From: Blastocatellia bacterium
GTDB lineage: Bacteria > Acidobacteriota > Blastocatellia > UBA7656
Length of the DNA: 64,000 nucleotides
Reading direction: 5' to 3'
Assembly: GCA_035249305.1 (NCBI GenBank)
Contig: DATFGQ010000039.1
Span: forward strand, 21,305-85,304
Part shown: positions 37,401-44,150 of the stretch, in pieces
Numbering within the stretch: the stretch's first letter is position 1
Layout of the letters: every line of letters starts with the position of its first letter
Translations under genes and position numbers: made by a program
Notes under the pieces: model-generated
What the model was told of the DNA's origin: nothing
The model's database searches: none
What the model saw: the letters and a program-made list of their open reading frames with translations, nothing else

Positions 37401-37698
37401 CACCTACCCGCAACTGATCGATGGCGGCGCGGTGACGGCTCCGCGCGTGGCGTTCTATAACCTGGAAGGCGATTGGGATGTCGAGAACAAAGGCGTCGCG
37501 CCCGACATCGAAGTCGACCTCGACCCGAAGCTCTGGCGCGAAGGTCATGACCCGCAGCTTGAAAAGGCCGTCGAGGTCGTGATGGCGGAGCTCAAGAAGA
37601 ACCCGCTGCCCAAGCACAAGCGGCCGGCCTACCCGAATTACCACACGGGCAACGGCCGCGACGCAGGCGGCAAATCTGGCGGCGGCAGCAACAGGTAG
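34408..37698 (+). CDS. tricorn protease homologue (S41 family; tandem beta-propellers + PDZ + C-terminal peptidase)
   Basis: 1096 aa with a signal peptide. Repeated SPDG propeller blades. PDZ-like region. C-terminal S41 domain with GGG/IINEYAGSGGDAM serine-peptidase region. Confidence 0.85.
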   Translation: MRRALFIFSLVIAAAATSLAQNQKPQLLQRPTLSNTQIVFVYAGDLWIVGREGGDARRLTTGTGIENSPIFSPDGRWIAFTGDYEGNVDVYVVSAEGGVPRRLTYHPGPDIALSWSPDGKQILFRSPRASAMPANRLFTMPVEGGFPTEVPLPMGQEAVYSPDGQRLAYLPLAPAFQQWKRYRGGRTTKIWLARLSDSSVEQVPRENSNDFNPMWLGDKVYFLSDRNGASTLFAYDTASKRVTQLIRNDALDIKYANAGPGAIVYEQFGAINLFDLKSGNSKRVDIRVTGDMPSVRPRFERVASRIATVGLSPTGARAVFEARGEILSVPAEKGNARNLTNSPGVADRYPAWSPDGKWIAYFSDESGEYALHLRDQSGMGEVRKINLGNPPSYFYTPIWAPDSRKIAYTDKRLNLWYVDIDKGTPVKVDTNTYDNPFPVIDPAWSPDSRWITYTRQLKNRLGAVFAYSVETNKSTQVTDGLSDARFASFDRNGKYLYFTASTDIGPTTGWLDMSSFPHQITRSVYVVVLRKDLPSPLAPESDEEKLQEGEPPAGPRPPEKREAPRVSIDFDNIGQRILALPIPARNYVGMGSGKSGMLFILESPPGATTPGVIVHKFEFDKRKFDKALENVIAFEVSANGEKMIFGQGLGPAQRFTIASTTQPLKPGEGVINLGEMEVYVDPRAEWQQMYREVWRIQRDFFYDPSLHGLNREATQKQYEAYLENIAHRADLNYLFQEMLGNMSVGHHNSGGGDAPQVQPVTTGLLGADYRVENGRYRFARVFNGENWNPQLRAPLTQPGVNVQAGEYLLAVNGREVRSSDNLYSFFQNTANKSVVIRVGPNPDGAGSREVTVVPTQTESGLRNLAWIEDNRRKVDQMSGGRLAYVYLPNTAGAGYTNFNRYYFAQIDKEGAVIDERFNGGGTAADYIIDYMRRPLLNYWTTREGEDFPTPVGSIFGPKAMIINEYAGSGGDAMPWYFRKAGIGPLVGMRTWGGLVGIYTYPQLIDGGAVTAPRVAFYNLEGDWDVENKGVAPDIEVDLDPKLWREGHDPQLEKAVEVVMAELKKNPLPKHKRPAYPNYHTGNGRDAGGKSGGGSNR

Positions 37699-37711
37699 TA
37701 ACCAGAGAGCG

Positions 37712-38295
37712 TCTAAAAAGTCCCCGAAGGGGACGCGCTTCAATAGGAAGCCTCGAAGAGGCGTGATTCAATACAAAGCTCTGGAGGGGCGCGGATTCTA
37801 TAGGAAGCCTCGAAGAGGCGTAATTCAATAAGCCCCGCAGGCGCGACGATTCAATAGCCGAAAGCCCCGTAGGGGCAAGATTCAATAGCCCGGCGCAACG
37901 CGCCGGGTCATGCGTCACACAAAACGAAGCCCTGAAAGGGCGCGATAGTTATATCGCCCTTTCAGGGCGAGAGCATCATGTTAAGCCGCCTAGCGGCTGG
38001 GGATTTTGGCTTTGACGCCGCGTAGCGGCGATTCGATCTTAGCCGTGTGCTTCAGCGCACGGGTCGAGGCCCGCCATCCCATCTCGTCGCGTAGCGACGG
38101 TTGAATCAGCCGTCGCTACGCGACGCGGTGGTAACACGATATCGGGTACAGGCCCTGAAGGGCCTGCCTAAATTCAGCCGTCCCTACGGGACGAGGATGC
38201 AGACCCTATGGGACGAAGGATGCGGGCGCTCGAACGTCACTGCTTAAAGCCATTGCCCTTTCAGGGCTTTTTTCACACTTCTCTGACACCCTCTC
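37712..38295. repeat. Composite repeat region: family-A element (copy A3) carrying a nested family-C element (about 38010-38215) and extra hairpin modules
   Basis: The ends gtctaaaaagtccccgaaggggacgcgcttcaatagg ... cacacttctctgacaccctctcag match the ends of A4 (53667-53908). The interior holds repeated GATTCAATAG linkers and GTA-loop hairpins. The central block gattcgatcttagccgtgtgcttcagcgcacgg ... gtcgcGTAgcgacggttgaatcagccgtcgctacgcgacg is family C. Confidence 0.8.
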
Positions 38296-38329
38296 AGGTT
38301 CGATTCGCGCGCTCCGCCTAGCGCGCGTG

Positions 38330-39526
38330 TTAGCCTGATTCGAATGAGGCTTCCAAACCAGCCAGTTCGGATTCGTCTTTCACTTTTACTACGGCTTCCG
38401 CCGATTCATCCTGCCCCGGCACGACGCGCACTATTATCGCGAAGGGAGAATCCTTTGCGTAACTCTGTATCGAGCGCCATTTCTTCGCCAGGAACCAGGC
38501 GGCCCCTGATGTGCCCCACTCACCGCGCCCTGCACAGGTGAACCAGGTCCTTTCAGGAAATTGTATAGGGTTCACCTTTAGTATCAATCCGTATTCAAAC
38601 TGGGGGAGGAGTCTAATGATGATCTTTCCTGAAAGGACTGATCTGAAGTTCTTATTATCAAAACTGAGTAGATTATTGCCCTCATTCGTGATGACATCCA
38701 TTGTCTTATAGTTCGAGAGCGATCCCCCGAACGCGGCGAATGACACATCCAGCTTGTCTCGCATATCCAAATCGGAAGACAGGGAAGGTGACGCCTTCGC
38801 TTCGCGCCCGATCGACTCGGCTAGATACTTGGCCGCCCTCACCTCACAAGAGCTAATTATCCTCTCGGCGGAGAATATGCTCTTAGGTTTGTCCTCTCCA
38901 GGTTTGACGTACGTGAACTTGCCAAACAACCTCCCTTCGCCCATCTCTGGGAGAAGCGTCAACTGGCTATAGATCAGGTGAAACGCTCCTGTTGAGAAAG
39001 GGTCTTTACCGAAAACGTCTCTGAACGGACCCGCTGCTATCTCTATGCCTGAAACTTTTCGGGATGGGAGAGGCCCGCTTTTATTAATCTCGCTCCGGAT
39101 TGGAAGACACGCCTCTTCTATAGCTGAAAAGAGATCTGAGTCCTGCGGGGTGCTACTGTACGCGGCGAGCGTTATGCCGGCGAGGTCTGAGGGGAGTTTG
39201 ATGTCGCAAGCCTTATCATAAACTATGAATGTCCTATTTCTGCCCAAGCGCCCCATAAACAAGCCGCACTCGAATAAGACATTATCTCTGGGCGATTGCC
39301 AGGTCTGGTCGCGACTCTCAACCATATCGTCCGGGGTGAGAACCAGGACGGCGAAGTCGAAGTTATCAAGGGCATTGACTAAGCTTTCAAGAGTACCTTG
39401 GCCGAGGCCAAATACGCCCTCGTACCAGATCGTAGTTTCGGCTTCGGCTTTCAGTTTTTCTCTTATCGCTTTAGCTACGGGTAATCCTTCGCTAGAAGAG
39501 CCAATAAAAACTGAGGGACGAAACAT
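38330..39526 (-). CDS. TIR-like (Rossmannoid, PF10137/Cap12-type) N-terminal domain protein with uncharacterised ~270-aa C-terminal domain; low-GC orphan gene
   Basis: Start moved to the ATG at 39526 (GAGGTG RBS), giving MFRPSVFIGSSSEGLPVAKAIREKL... Signature FAVLVLTPDDMVESRDQTWQSPRDNVLFECGLFMGRLGRNRTFIVYDKACDIKLPSDLAGITLAAY of the TIR-like nucleotide-binding domain family. C-terminal part has glycine-rich CAGRGEWGTSGAAWFLAKKW. GC of about 50% against about 65% in neighbours. Confidence 0.65.
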   Translation of the reverse strand: MFRPSVFIGSSSEGLPVAKAIREKLKAEAETTIWYEGVFGLGQGTLESLVNALDNFDFAVLVLTPDDMVESRDQTWQSPRDNVLFECGLFMGRLGRNRTFIVYDKACDIKLPSDLAGITLAAYSSTPQDSDLFSAIEEACLPIRSEINKSGPLPSRKVSGIEIAAGPFRDVFGKDPFSTGAFHLIYSQLTLLPEMGEGRLFGKFTYVKPGEDKPKSIFSAERIISSCEVRAAKYLAESIGREAKASPSLSSDLDMRDKLDVSFAAFGGSLSNYKTMDVITNEGNNLLSFDNKNFRSVLSGKIIIRLLPQFEYGLILKVNPIQFPERTWFTCAGRGEWGTSGAAWFLAKKWRSIQSYAKDSPFAIIVRVVPGQDESAEAVVKVKDESELAGLEASFESG

Positions 39527-39658
39527 GATCTTCACCTCGCCATGGTTATCTCGCATCACAACAAAGCCTACTCTCAAGAGGTCTAACCTTGTGTTACAGG
39601 CTTATAAAGATGATACAATAGGCCGCCGATTTTACGATTAACAAAGAGGTGTCACTCT

Positions 39659-41515
39659 ATGACTGAGATGTTCAGGCGCTGCCTCACCTTGCTCTGCGCG
39701 ATGGCGGTAAGCGTTGCTATCTTTTCGTATTCTTTCTCACCCGACGCGTCGGCTCAGGAGCCAAGCCGCGCCTTCGCGATCAAAAACGCGCGCGTCTTTG
39801 ACGGGGATGCCGTCAAGCAAAACATGACCGTCATCGTCGAGAACGGTTTGATAAAAGCCATCGGCAAAAACATCAACGTGCCCGAAGGAATGGAATTGAT
39901 CGACGCGACGGGCCACACCTTGCTGCCCGGCCTGATCGATTCACACACTCACAATTTCGGGCCGGTCTTGAAACAGGATTTGATCTTCGGAGTGACGACC
40001 GCGCTCGACATGTTCACCTCGCATCATGCGGCGGCCGCCTGGAAGAAGCAGCAGGCGGAAGGCAAGGCCAACGACCGCGCGGACATATTCTCTGCCGGCA
40101 CCCTGGTCACTGCGCCGGGCGGGCACGGCACGGAATACGGCATGAAGATACCTACGATCACCACGCCAGAAGAGGCCGACAGCTTCGTCGAGGCGCGCAT
40201 TAAAGAAGGCTCCGATTACATAAAGATCGTTTACGACGATGGCCGAAGCTACGGCCGCAAGATCCCTTCGATCAACAAAGCCACCATGGCCGCGGTCGTA
40301 ACCGCCGCCCACAAGCGCGGCAAGCTCGCCGTAGTTCACATACACTCTCTCGAAGAGGCGCGCGACGCCATCGACACGGGCGCAGACGGGCTGGTCCATC
40401 TCTTCGTAGACAAAGTCGACCCGGAGTTCGGGCGCTTCGCCGCTTCGCACAAAGCTTTCATAATCCCTACGCTCGCCGTCGAATCGAGTCTCACAGGCGT
40501 CGCCGCGGGCGCGTCGCTCGTCGAAGACCCGAACCTCGGACCCTATATTTCAAAGGCCGACGCGGGCAGCCTCGGGAGCACTTTTAATCTTCCCCCCTCG
40601 GCTACGATGACCTACAACGTCGCGGAAGAGACCGTGCGGCAGCTCAAGGCCGCGCGCGTCCCGATACTGGCTGGGACCGATGCGCCGAACGCGGGCACCG
40701 CACACGGGGTCAGCATGCACAGCGAGATGGAGCTGCTCGTCAAAGCAGGGCTCAAGCCCGCGGAAGCGCTGGCCGCCGCGACATCGATCCCCGCGCGCCT
40801 GTTTCGCCTGAGTGATCGCGGCCGCATAGCCGAAGGGCTGCGCGCGGACTTGCTGCTCGTCAAAGGCGACCCCACCGCCGACATCAAAGCCACGCGCAAC
40901 ATCGCGAGGGTCTGGAAAGGCGGCGTTGCGGTGGATCGCAGCGCTTACCTGGCGGTGCTAGAAAAGGAGAGGGCCGAAGCCGCGCGCATGCGAGCGCTCC
41001 CCGCGCCCGCCGGTTCCGAATCGGGCGTGGTGAGCGACTTTGAAGAGGAGAAACCGACCGCGAAATTCGGCTCGGGCTGGGCGGTTTCGACCGACAGCTT
41101 CGCGGGCGGGAAATCGGTCGCGGAGATGAAGATTGTCGAAGGCGGCGCGAACGGGAGTCGTGGCTCGCTGCTAGTGACGGGCGAAACGGTCCCGGCTTTT
41201 CAATTCCCCTGGGCCGGCGCGGCCTTCTCGCCCGGCGACAAGCCTATGTCGCCGGCCAACCTCTCTTCAAAAAAAGAGATCAGTTTCTGGGCTAAGGGCG
41301 ACGGCAAAACCTACCGCGTCATGATAATGACCAAGGGCGGAGGGTTCATGCCCGTGAGCAGAAATTTTGTCGCAGGCCCCGAGTGGAAGCAGTACAAGAT
41401 GAGGCTTGCACAATTCGGCGGTATGGAAGGTTACGACATAACTAACATCATGTTCGCGGGCGGCCCCGCGCCGGGCAAGTTTACTTTTCAAATAGACGAC
41501 GTGCGGTTTCACTGA
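39659..41515 (+). CDS. secreted amidohydrolase-family metallohydrolase with C-terminal beta-sandwich (CIA30/CBM-like) domain
   Basis: 618 aa with a signal peptide. Metal-binding DSHTHNFGP. AGTDAPNAGTAHG. KGDPTADI. About 170-aa C-terminal domain (FWAKGDGKTYRVMIMTKGGGF ... FTFQIDDVRFH). Stop overlaps the next start (TGATG). Confidence 0.7.
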   Translation: MTEMFRRCLTLLCAMAVSVAIFSYSFSPDASAQEPSRAFAIKNARVFDGDAVKQNMTVIVENGLIKAIGKNINVPEGMELIDATGHTLLPGLIDSHTHNFGPVLKQDLIFGVTTALDMFTSHHAAAAWKKQQAEGKANDRADIFSAGTLVTAPGGHGTEYGMKIPTITTPEEADSFVEARIKEGSDYIKIVYDDGRSYGRKIPSINKATMAAVVTAAHKRGKLAVVHIHSLEEARDAIDTGADGLVHLFVDKVDPEFGRFAASHKAFIIPTLAVESSLTGVAAGASLVEDPNLGPYISKADAGSLGSTFNLPPSATMTYNVAEETVRQLKAARVPILAGTDAPNAGTAHGVSMHSEMELLVKAGLKPAEALAAATSIPARLFRLSDRGRIAEGLRADLLLVKGDPTADIKATRNIARVWKGGVAVDRSAYLAVLEKERAEAARMRALPAPAGSESGVVSDFEEEKPTAKFGSGWAVSTDSFAGGKSVAEMKIVEGGANGSRGSLLVTGETVPAFQFPWAGAAFSPGDKPMSPANLSSKKEISFWAKGDGKTYRVMIMTKGGGFMPVSRNFVAGPEWKQYKMRLAQFGGMEGYDITNIMFAGGPAPGKFTFQIDDVRFH

Positions 41516-42609
41516 TGACCAGCCAAAGACCCGACCCGAACATAACCGGCGAGGCGCGCGAGCGTAACGCGCCTTTGATCGAGCGGCTCGCCGGTCAGGT
41601 GATAGACCTTGAGCCGCGCTACCTCCTTCAGATGGCGCACCTCACGGTCCCCGCCACCGTCTGGAAATACGTCGAAGGCGCGGTCACAAAGTCGAAAGCC
41701 AACCTCGTGATGTTAGACCTCGAAGACTCGATCCCGCGCGCGAACGAGGAGCTTTTGCAACAGGGCCGCGCCAACGTCGTACGCGCCTTCAACGAGCTCG
41801 ATTGGGGCGCGCGGCTGCGGTTCTTCCGCCCGCGAGGGCTGGAGCTTGACCCCGCGCACGAAGACATCGCCGTCATCTGCGAGCAGGCGGGCGCTCGTCT
41901 GGACGGGCTGATCTATCCTAAGGTCGAAAGCGCGGACGAGGTGCGGTCGATAGACGCGACGCTCGCCCGGCTAGAGCGAAAGCTCGGTCTTCCCTCCGGC
42001 CGCATCCGCATAGAGGTGTTGATCGAATCCTGTTCGGCCGAACGAGAGGTCTTCGAGATAGCCCGCTCGTCGCGCCGGCTGGTGGGACTGGTCTTCGGCT
42101 CTTACGATTACTGGGCGAGCCTAGGGATGGGCGCTCGAACCTACAGGGCGGACCACCCGCTCATCAACCAGGCGCGCGGCGTCGTGGTCAAAGCGGCGGC
42201 TTCGGTAGGCATACCCGCCATCGCGGAGATGACCACTAACTATCCTACGCGAGATAAATCTGAAGAGGAGCGGCGGGCCGCGATCGAAGAGTTCCGGCGT
42301 GACGCGTTGTTGGCGCGCGACTTCGGGTTCGCGGGAAAGTGGACGGGCATACCCGAGCAGTCCTTGATGGCGGTCGAGATATTTCAGGTCGCCGACGACG
42401 AGATCGCAAGCGCGGTCGAAGAAGCCAGGCAGTTCTTAATAGCGGAGCGCGAAGGTCGCGGCGCGACTATGATCGCGGGCAAGATGGCCGACCGCGCTAC
42501 CGACCGCTTGAACCGCAACACGCTGAAGATCGCTTACGCGCTCGGCAGGCTTGACGAAGAGACGGCGGCCGATCTTGGACTTAAACCGGATGGCGAGGGG
42601 GAGAGATGA
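41515..42609 (+). CDS. HpcH/HpaI-family aldolase / CitE-like (malyl-/citramalyl-CoA lyase type)
   Basis: 364 aa. LDLEDSIP ... LIYPKVESADEVRSIDATL ... IEVLIES motifs of citrate-lyase-beta-like CoA-ester lyases. Translationally coupled on both sides. Confidence 0.7.
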   Translation: MTSQRPDPNITGEARERNAPLIERLAGQVIDLEPRYLLQMAHLTVPATVWKYVEGAVTKSKANLVMLDLEDSIPRANEELLQQGRANVVRAFNELDWGARLRFFRPRGLELDPAHEDIAVICEQAGARLDGLIYPKVESADEVRSIDATLARLERKLGLPSGRIRIEVLIESCSAEREVFEIARSSRRLVGLVFGSYDYWASLGMGARTYRADHPLINQARGVVVKAAASVGIPAIAEMTTNYPTRDKSEEERRAAIEEFRRDALLARDFGFAGKWTGIPEQSLMAVEIFQVADDEIASAVEEARQFLIAEREGRGATMIAGKMADRATDRLNRNTLKIAYALGRLDEETAADLGLKPDGEGER

Positions 42610-43748
42610 GCGGCGCCAAGAAAGACGAGAACCTGATAGAGCAGAAGTACGGGCGGTTGCTGAACGACTTCCGCGTGGGCGAAGTCTATCACCACCCATG
42701 GGAGGTGACCATCGACGACGGGATGCTGGCGATGTTCGCGGGATCATTCCTCGACCCGAACCCGCTCTATTCGAGCCGCCGCTTCGCGCGCGACCTGGGC
42801 TTTCGCGACAAGGTGGTCCCGCCCGTCGTGCTGATGAATCTTGCGCTCAGCTTTTCGGTCCACGACGTTTCAGAGCAGACCATAGCGCACCTGGCTTACC
42901 TCGATATGAAGTTCCCCTGCGCGGCGTACGCGGGTGACACGATGACGGCTTATTCGAAAGTCGTAGGCGTGAGGGTGTCGGAATCGAAGCCCGACCGGGG
43001 CGTCGTCCACGTGCGGACGGTCGGGGTCAATCAAGACGGCGCGACCGTCGTCAAATTCGAGCGTAAGGCGTTGATGCCCGTGGGCCGACTGGAAGGGCGC
43101 GCGCACCCCGCTTCATACGAGTCTTACAACCAGCAGGAGCCGACCTGGGACAAGAGCACGCTGTCGACGGGCCCGCTCGTGATCGATTCACAGGCGCTCC
43201 CGCAAGAGCTTTCGCAAGAGATCAAATCGCCCAGGTGGCTAGGCCGCCCGCGCGGGCTGTTCGAAGATTTTAAGCAAGGCGATGTGCTGCTTCACAGCAC
43301 GGGCCACACGGTCGGCGAAAGCGAGCACATGCAGCTCGCCGTCTTATCGCGCAACAGCCACCCGCTCCATTTCGACGAAGTCTATTCGCGCAAGAACAGC
43401 TTCGCCAGCACGCGCGTAGTCGAGGGCGGGCTGGTCTTCGCGTGGGCCTGCTCTATCGCGAGCCGCGACACGACGGCCAACGCGCTCTGGGAGCTCAGCT
43501 ATGATCGAGGGAGCCACCCCGCGCCGGTTTTTGCGGGCGATACGATTTACGCGGCCTCGCGCGTGATCGAAAAGCGCGATCACAACGAGCGCGCGGGCGT
43601 GGTGAAGCTCCATCTGGTGGGCGTCAAGAACCAGACGCCGGCCGAGCTGATAAGCGCGGGCGCGGACCTGTTCGGCGGAAAGCCTGAGCAGAAAGTGTTC
43701 GAGATCGAGCGCGCAGTCCTGCTGCCAAAGAGAACGCCCGCCAGTTAA
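42606..43748 (+). CDS. tandem MaoC/hot-dog enoyl-CoA hydratase (mesaconyl-/itaconyl-CoA hydratase-like)
   Basis: 380 aa with two MaoC-like hot-dog halves. ATGA overlap with the upstream lyase gene. Confidence 0.7.
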   Translation: MSGAKKDENLIEQKYGRLLNDFRVGEVYHHPWEVTIDDGMLAMFAGSFLDPNPLYSSRRFARDLGFRDKVVPPVVLMNLALSFSVHDVSEQTIAHLAYLDMKFPCAAYAGDTMTAYSKVVGVRVSESKPDRGVVHVRTVGVNQDGATVVKFERKALMPVGRLEGRAHPASYESYNQQEPTWDKSTLSTGPLVIDSQALPQELSQEIKSPRWLGRPRGLFEDFKQGDVLLHSTGHTVGESEHMQLAVLSRNSHPLHFDEVYSRKNSFASTRVVEGGLVFAWACSIASRDTTANALWELSYDRGSHPAPVFAGDTIYAASRVIEKRDHNERAGVVKLHLVGVKNQTPAELISAGADLFGGKPEQKVFEIERAVLLPKRTPAS

Positions 43749-43786
43749 TTCGACCCAGCGCCCCGGCCTCCGCGTCTCGTCGCGAT

Positions 43787-43957
43787 GATTTTAGCCGTGC
43801 GTTTCAACGCACGGTAACAGGCGCAAACGTTTGGGGTCGCGTCAGCGACGGCTGAATCAATCGTCGCTACGCGACGTGATCTTTTGACGGCCCTTGATCC
43901 GTGCGCTGAAGCACACGGCTAAATTCACCCGCCGCTACGCGGCGTGAATGCCGACGC
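43787..43957. repeat. Family-C palindromic repeat element, copy C3
   Basis: gattttagccgtgcgtttcaacgcacgg ... cgtcagcgacggctgaatcaatcgtcgctacgcgacg ... ccgtgcgctgaagcacacggctaaattc ... ccgccgctacgcggcg. Same modules as C1 and C2. Confidence 0.8.
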
Positions 43958-44150
43958 GTCTTCTCCTAAAACAAAAGCGGTGACAAGTCACCGCACTCCG
44001 AAGGAGGGCTGCCGCAATTTTACTTCATGTGGCGCAAGCCGGTTGCGCAGCGTCAATCACCTCTCACCCATCTTACAAACACTTAGGCACGGCACGGCGG
44101 TTGCCCTGAGTGAGTCCGGCAATCAACTCTCAAATGACCGGAGGTGCCTC

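Noticed and set aside
37730-37910. CRISPR-like regular spacing of the GATTCAATAG(CC) repeat with 17-20 bp intervening segments
   Set aside because: The repeat unit is only 10-12 bp. The 'spacers' are themselves palindromic hairpins that recur at other loci (ccccgtagggg, cctcgaagagg, cccggcgcatcgcgccggg). No cas genes are present. The whole array is part of a larger palindromic element. This is a mosaic REP/BIME-like repeat, not CRISPR.
43944-44150. ATG at 43944 as the start of the haem-motif protein (762 aa)
   Set aside because: The ATG and the first ~70 codons lie inside or just after repeat element C3 and encode no signal peptide. The GTG at 44151 has a GGAGGTG RBS and is followed immediately by a canonical signal peptide.
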